In this document: positions 60,201 to 64,000 of the stretch, in pieces | Layout: every line of letters begins with the position of its first letter | How positions within the stretch are numbered: the first letter of the stretch is position 1 | Source: an uncultured Clostridia bacterium | GTDB lineage: Bacteria; Bacillota; Clostridia; TANB77; CAG-508 | Reading direction: 5' to 3' | DNA length: 64,000 bases | Assembly: GCA_944388795.1 (NCBI GenBank) | Contig: CALXKD010000005.1 | Coordinates: 4,863-68,862 of the forward strand | Made by a program: the position numbers and the translations under genes | The notes under the pieces: generated by a model | The model's database searches: none | What the model was told of the DNA's origin: nothing | What the model saw: only the letters and a program-made list of their open reading frames with translations

Positions 60201-61686
60201 TTTGACCAAATCCGAAGGAGAAACAGCAGGAATATTGGGAGAATTTATAGGAAGTACAGGGTATGCCAATTTAACAAATGTATATAATGTTGGATATATC
60301 TTGAATGGAAACCAAATGATATATGATAAAGAAATTGATGCTGCATTTGAAAATTGCTATGTAATACCTACAGAAAAGAATGAAGAAGAATTTAAGGATA
60401 TAGAGGGCATTAAAGAAATAGATGACAATTTATTAAGTCAAATGTTGAAGGATTTGAATGATCATTCTGAAAATTTAGATGATTGGAAATTAATGGATAA
60501 CTATAAATATCCTGTATTAAAGTGGCAAAATGAAGAGCAATTTGATGAACAAAATAAAAATCTAAATATAATTGCAATTCGTAATCCAAAGGAAAATACA
60601 AATAAAGATGTCATATTAACAATATTTTCTAATAAAAAGATGAAACAAAATGATGGATGGGAAATTTCACAAGATGGCTATATGCAAACAAAAAGTTTTT
60701 CTACATCAGAGTCAGTTGAATTTGTTGTGGAAGATATATATGGAGGCTCTTGTAAGGTTGATGAAAGGATAAGGATTAATAAAGAACAAATTGCAATTGA
60801 GGATATAACTATAGAATATAATAAAATAGCAGATGATTATATTATTATGAAACTCAAAACGAAAAAACATTTAAAAGCAGATTTAGAGGGATTGATTCCT
60901 CTTGAAAGGTGGGTACCTGGTGATACATGTACAACATTTTATAAGATATATTATTCTCAAAATTTAGAGGATATAATCACTTTAGAGGATTCTTATGGAA
61001 ATCTAACAGATATACACTTGCCACTAAGTGAAAGTGTTGATATGATACCACCACAAGTTAAAGTAGAATATAGTACAAAAGAAATTACAGAAGGAAATGT
61101 AATCGTAACAGTAACTATAACAGCAAATGAAGAAGTACAAGAATTAGAAGGATGGACATTGTCAAGTGATAAAAAAACCTTAACAAAAGAATATAATACA
61201 GCAACAGAAGAAACCGTCGTAATAAAAGATATAGCGGGAAATGAAACAAAAGTAGAAATAAAAGTAGAAATTGAAGAAATCTATTCAGAAAAATATGAAA
61301 TAGATAATGAAAATAGATATATATTAAGAGTGTTACCAGAAACAACAGTAAATGTGTTTAAAACAAATATAAGTGTAAAAGGAACTTATAAAATAGTAAA
61401 TTCAAATGGAAAAGAAATAAATGGAGAAGAATATATAACAACAGGAAGTAAATTAATAACAGAAGATAATAAGGAATATAGAATTAGCGTAATAGGAGAC
61501 TTAAACCAAAGTGGAACTATAACATTGACAGATATATCTATGCAAAGAAAACATATCTTAGAGCTAGATATATTAGAAAATGAGATATATCAAGCAGGAG
61601 ATATCAATAAGGATGGAAAAATCACGTTAGACGATTTATCAAAGATGAGAAAAATAATTTTAGGAATAGAAGATATGGTATCATGA
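57259..61686 (+). CDS. secreted 1475-aa LRR protein with GLUG-motif region, Ig-like domains and C-terminal dockerin
   Basis: Signal peptide. About 20 internalin-like 22-aa LRRs (LxxLxLxxNxIxdIsnl, about 57830-59360). GLUG-like repeats (AGIFGV, SGGIVGY, AGGIVGK, AAGIVGS, TAGILGE; about 59860-60260). C-terminal GDLNQSGTITLTDISMQRKHIL...GDINKDGKITLDDLSKMRKIILG. Confidence 0.85.
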   Translation: MKYKICLVCLLVLLIICQNFIFTFHQVFASDIKANGETNNMETDKNEDTSSDKTVNDLSINFKNFDNETNSPEVALNMDKSQEKIKQEYESKMENKEKIKQIKEKNETSTNAQLMGSTAQNEQAQNVTISFKDKHLFYAMIDEIEELLISYDEETYTIVISQDNLNSIEDLNLGSYGWESIGNGGFDWLTAYISDFSGIEKFVNLKELTIGIPNEVEYVDFTPIETLKNLERLVIGNNLNSDFYGIFNINHLAKVFPNLKTLYIYGIHNININHIEWPTTLEEIKIAECTFLEQPIVDWSELNHLKSLYIRQTNLCTIQDIKIPKNVEEIRFDSNELANLDNVDFGNCLSYIDLNDNQIEDISNVKFPNTLEKLLIGKNKLKSIDSLKDNTNLKLLSISDNYIEDIRVVENLTNLTGLYAGTWYAVLFPGVISGQIIDRGNEIKNISNIKWPESLTFLDLSGNKITNIDNIHFPEKLNEIRLNKNEIAEINNFTILSNWRTINLENNDISKITGLKFEPTTKTRYLQLSYNQITNFVGVDWTNSLIEELDIAHNNLSTLENLPTDLEILVANNNKLSDISNVNWNALPIDSLDLACNQIEVVNNIEWNSHLRYLILSYNHISDISSLRFTSSLDALELAGNNISDLSVFSNEESNELIGLNLAKNNIRNITPLENVTDLKELLIGRNQIQDFSGLEKLQNLSSINAESQYYLYGENINAIPNILTEAMKESSIIATKDIEYDNCELKDGKINIIDSNQIATIIFTSGNAKGTTIYFDLSGKLQNNIYKISTKEDLLKISELSHKGVGFYGIEIQMEASIDMGAYYDIEEDTWKGDTWNPIGTKSVPFEGIFDGNFNTISGILTDENYAGIFGVSVGTIKRLGSKNSHIDGDISGGIVGYMYNLGEEERGIIQDCYNDSYVEGSSYAGGIVGKAEWIQICNTYNTGMIVGSDVAAGIVGSWTDSTYRYGNIVLYNVYNAGKILTKSEGETAGILGEFIGSTGYANLTNVYNVGYILNGNQMIYDKEIDAAFENCYVIPTEKNEEEFKDIEGIKEIDDNLLSQMLKDLNDHSENLDDWKLMDNYKYPVLKWQNEEQFDEQNKNLNIIAIRNPKENTNKDVILTIFSNKKMKQNDGWEISQDGYMQTKSFSTSESVEFVVEDIYGGSCKVDERIRINKEQIAIEDITIEYNKIADDYIIMKLKTKKHLKADLEGLIPLERWVPGDTCTTFYKIYYSQNLEDIITLEDSYGNLTDIHLPLSESVDMIPPQVKVEYSTKEITEGNVIVTVTITANEEVQELEGWTLSSDKKTLTKEYNTATEETVVIKDIAGNETKVEIKVEIEEIYSEKYEIDNENRYILRVLPETTVNVFKTNISVKGTYKIVNSNGKEINGEEYITTGSKLITEDNKEYRISVIGDLNQSGTITLTDISMQRKHILELDILENEIYQAGDINKDGKITLDDLSKMRKIILGIEDMVS
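61495..61680 (+). other. dockerin type I-like module at the C-terminus of the LRR protein
   Basis: Two DxNxxGxIxxxD loops, each followed by an amphipathic helix. Confidence 0.65.
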
Positions 61687-61693
61687 TAGATAG

Positions 61694-61722
61694 AAAAAAG
61701 TGAACATTGTTCACTTTTTTTC
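61694..61722. terminator. bidirectional terminator between the LRR gene and htpX
   Basis: Stem aaaaaagtgaa (61694-61704) / ttcactttttt (61710-61720). Confidence 0.6.
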
Positions 61723-61731
61723 TATTAAATA

Positions 61732-62637
61732 TTAATAGTTTAAATTTCTTAAAGCTTCAATTCTATCTGCTGTGCTTGGATGTGTAGACCAAATATTGGT
61801 CGTTTTCTTTTTACCATTTTTAGCATTCTTTTTAAATGGATTTATAATATACATATTTGCTGTGGCATTGTTTGCAGTTTCTAATTGATTTGGATCATTT
61901 TCTAATTTTTCTAGAGCTGAGATTAATCCGTCTGGATTACGTGTTAATTCCACTGCTGTACTATCAGCTAAGAATTCTCTTTTCCTAGATAAAGCAAGTT
62001 GCATAAGAGAACCAAATATAGGGGCTAAAATTAGAAAAATTAATCCAATTAACATTAAAATTCCATTTGCTTTACTATCACTATCTCTATCCTTCATACC
62101 ACCCCAAAATAAAGCACGAGAAAATAAGTCAGATAACATAACAATAAAGCCTACCATAACAGAAACAACACAACTTAAACGAATGTCGTAGTTTTTAATA
62201 TGACTCATTTCGTGAGCAATAACGCCTTCTAATTCATAATAATCTAACTTTTCTAAAAGACCAGTAGTAACACATATGACAGCATTTTCTGGATTTCTAC
62301 CTGTTGCAAAAGCATTAGGCTGTGCATCATCGACTACATATAGTCTAGGTTTGCTTGATAAACCAGAGGTAATCATTAAGGCATCTAAAATATTAACTAA
62401 TTTTTGATCTTCCTCTTTGGTAGCTGGTCTTGCTTTATTAAGAGATAATACAATCTTATCACTATAATAATAGGATGCCCAAGCAGAACCAATAGAAAAT
62501 ATCAAAGCAATAACAATTGACATAGTTCCTAACTCTAAGGCATGACAAATATAGTAAACAATTAAAGTAATGACTAAAATAAAAATCCCTATAATAAAAC
62601 CAGATTCTAATTTATTTTTTTTACTAGTTTCAAACAT
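61732..62637 (-). CDS. htpX: zinc metalloprotease HtpX (M48)
   Basis: HEMSHIKNYD HExxH motif, four TM helices, co-transcribed after lemA. Confidence 0.9.
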   Translation of the reverse strand: MFETSKKNKLESGFIIGIFILVITLIVYYICHALELGTMSIVIALIFSIGSAWASYYYSDKIVLSLNKARPATKEEDQKLVNILDALMITSGLSSKPRLYVVDDAQPNAFATGRNPENAVICVTTGLLEKLDYYELEGVIAHEMSHIKNYDIRLSCVVSVMVGFIVMLSDLFSRALFWGGMKDRDSDSKANGILMLIGLIFLILAPIFGSLMQLALSRKREFLADSTAVELTRNPDGLISALEKLENDPNQLETANNATANMYIINPFKKNAKNGKKKTTNIWSTHPSTADRIEALRNLNY

Positions 62638-62700
62638 AATAATCTCCTTTAAATAAAAAGAAGGGAAAAGGTATCCCCATCCCTTCTTTTAAATTCATAA

Positions 62701-63258
62701 TTATTTTCCAAAATCTACTTTAACATTTTTTCTGGCTTCATCACTTTCTGCTTCAAATAAATCACGTGATTTAAAATTAAACATGCCAGCAATGATGTTA
62801 GATGGGAAAACTTCAAGCTTTGTATTATACATTGTTACAGTATCATTATAGAATTGTCTTGAAAAAGAAATTTTATTTTCTGTATTTCTTAATTCTTCAG
62901 ATAGTTCTGAAAAGTTTTGATTAGCTTTTAAGTCTGGATAACTTTCTGAAACAGCCATAATTGTTTTTAAAGCATCAGATAATTGATTATCTAATGAAGC
63001 TTTTTCAGCAACACTATTTGTGTTGGCCCATGAAGTTCTAAGCTCAGCAATTTTTTCAAAAGTTTCTGATTCATGTGTCATATATCCTTTAACTGTTTCA
63101 ACAAAATTAGGAATTAAATCAAATCTTCTTTGTAATTGTACATCTATTTGACTCCATGCATTATCCACTTTTATTTTGGCTTGAACTAAACTGTTATACA
63201 TTCCGATGACAGCAATAACAATAATAATGACAATTGCTAATATAATCCAACCAATCAT
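62701..63258 (-). CDS. lemA: LemA family protein
   Basis: N-terminal TM helix plus YNSLVQAKIKVDNAWSQIDVQLQRRFDLIPN LemA signature. Confidence 0.9.
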   Translation of the reverse strand: MIGWIILAIVIIIVIAVIGMYNSLVQAKIKVDNAWSQIDVQLQRRFDLIPNFVETVKGYMTHESETFEKIAELRTSWANTNSVAEKASLDNQLSDALKTIMAVSESYPDLKANQNFSELSEELRNTENKISFSRQFYNDTVTMYNTKLEVFPSNIIAGMFNFKSRDLFEAESDEARKNVKVDFGK

Positions 63259-63519
63259 GTATGAAAATCCTCCTTAATTATAATTATATACAAATAAATC
63301 ATAACATATTAATATATTTTATACAATATGAATGTGAATAAATCGTGAAAAAAATTTAAAATAAAAGTCATATTTTTTAAAAATTTTCATATATTATATT
63401 ATGAGCAAAAAATGGACAAATATAAATGATTCACGAATAAATATTATGTAAATACAACAAAAATAATATAGACAAACTCTTAGGGACATAAAGAATTGAT
63501 GAGATAAAGGTGACAAAAT

Positions 63520-63548
63520 TTGACTTTTAATGAAAAAAATAGTATAAT
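63520..63548 (+). promoter_or_regulatory. sigma-A-type promoter candidate for the yabE-like gene
   Basis: TTGACT (63520-63525), 17 nt, TATAAT (63543-63548). Confidence 0.5.
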
Positions 63549-63583
63549 AATATTGTGTTGCCAAAAGGAGGTAATTTAATTTT

Positions 63584-64000
63584 ATGAAAAGAGAAGAAAA
63601 GGCTTCAATTTCTATAATGAAGATTATCTGTGTAAGCATAATTTTAATATTAATATCAGGAATCAGTGTAATGGCAGTAAACACAGACCTTAAAGACATA
63701 ACCATTATATTACAAAATGGATATGAAATGACAGCTTTGACATCAAGAAGCAAAGTTTCAGATATATTAAGTGAAAATAATATTATTTTAAATGAAGATC
63801 AAAAGACAATACCTGATTTAGATAGTGAAATATCTTCAGGGGATACAATTAAAATAACAGACAAATCATATAATGAAGTACAAATTGCTAAAATATCAGA
63901 AGAGGGAATAGAAACTTCATTAGATCAGTTATTAGAAAATTATGCGCCAATAACAGAAAAGATCGTTGTAGAACAAGTGGTTATACCTTATGAAACAATC
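63584..64000 (+). CDS. YabE-like cell-wall protein (DUF348 repeats, start of a G5 domain), 5' partial: runs off the window
   Basis: Not in the ORF track because no stop falls within the window. AAAGGAGG at 63564-63571 precedes ATG 63584. My translation is MKREEKASISIMKIICVSIILILISG...ITIILQNGYEMTALTSRSKVSDILSENNIILNEDQKTIPDLDSEISSGDTIKITDKS...EKIVVEQVVIPYETI. The usual neighbour is tatD. Confidence 0.7.
   Translation, partial: MKREEKASISIMKIICVSIILILISGISVMAVNTDLKDITIILQNGYEMTALTSRSKVSDILSENNIILNEDQKTIPDLDSEISSGDTIKITDKSYNEVQIAKISEEGIETSLDQLLENYAPITEKIVVEQVVIPYETI

Noticed and set aside
63394-63753. A 119-aa minus-strand ORF between lemA and the window end.
   Set aside because: It spans the divergent promoter region and runs antisense to the start of the well-supported yabE-like CDS (RBS plus ATG 63584). 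Its composition is hydrophobic junk and it has no RBS.

Overview
This is a chromosomal segment of a very AT-rich (roughly 25-30% G+C by eye), endospore-forming Firmicute with Clostridia-like gene order. All calls rest on motif recognition by eye; no searches were run.

Core genes:
- Cell wall and shape: murF, ddl, radC-mreB-mreC-mreD-PBP2-minC, an M23 peptidase, and the start of a yabE-like gene.
- Sporulation: an alpha/beta SASP, a CotF-like pair, spoIIE.
- DNA metabolism: an sbcD/sbcC-like (YhaO/YhaN-type) pair, pcrA, a deoxyribonucleotidase.
- Others: prfA, M29 aminopeptidase, ZIP transporter, mecA, acpS, tatD, lemA-htpX.

Accessory content:
- An orphan three-gene cassette ending in a TraG/VirD4-type coupling protein.
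- A frameshifted RhuM gene.
- One foreign-looking membrane-protein ORF next to prfA.
- A 20-kb island of four giant surface proteins, organised as a duplicated two-gene module. It includes DUF11/SdrD-B-like proteins and thioester/CnaB adhesins, one with an embedded dockerin.
- A 1475-aa LRR/GLUG/dockerin protein.

I recognised no rRNA, tRNA, CRISPR array, IS element or integrase.

The most striking observation is that four conserved genes (T4CP, sbcD-like, ZIP transporter, mreB) each lose frame at an in-frame CGG codon. Each is restored by stepping +1 onto GGA (motif CGG-A). Apart from those sites, one foreign-looking ORF and one leader ATG, I found no in-frame CGG. This points either to a systematic sequence artefact or to CGG-triggered +1 recoding in a genome that may not decode CGG.
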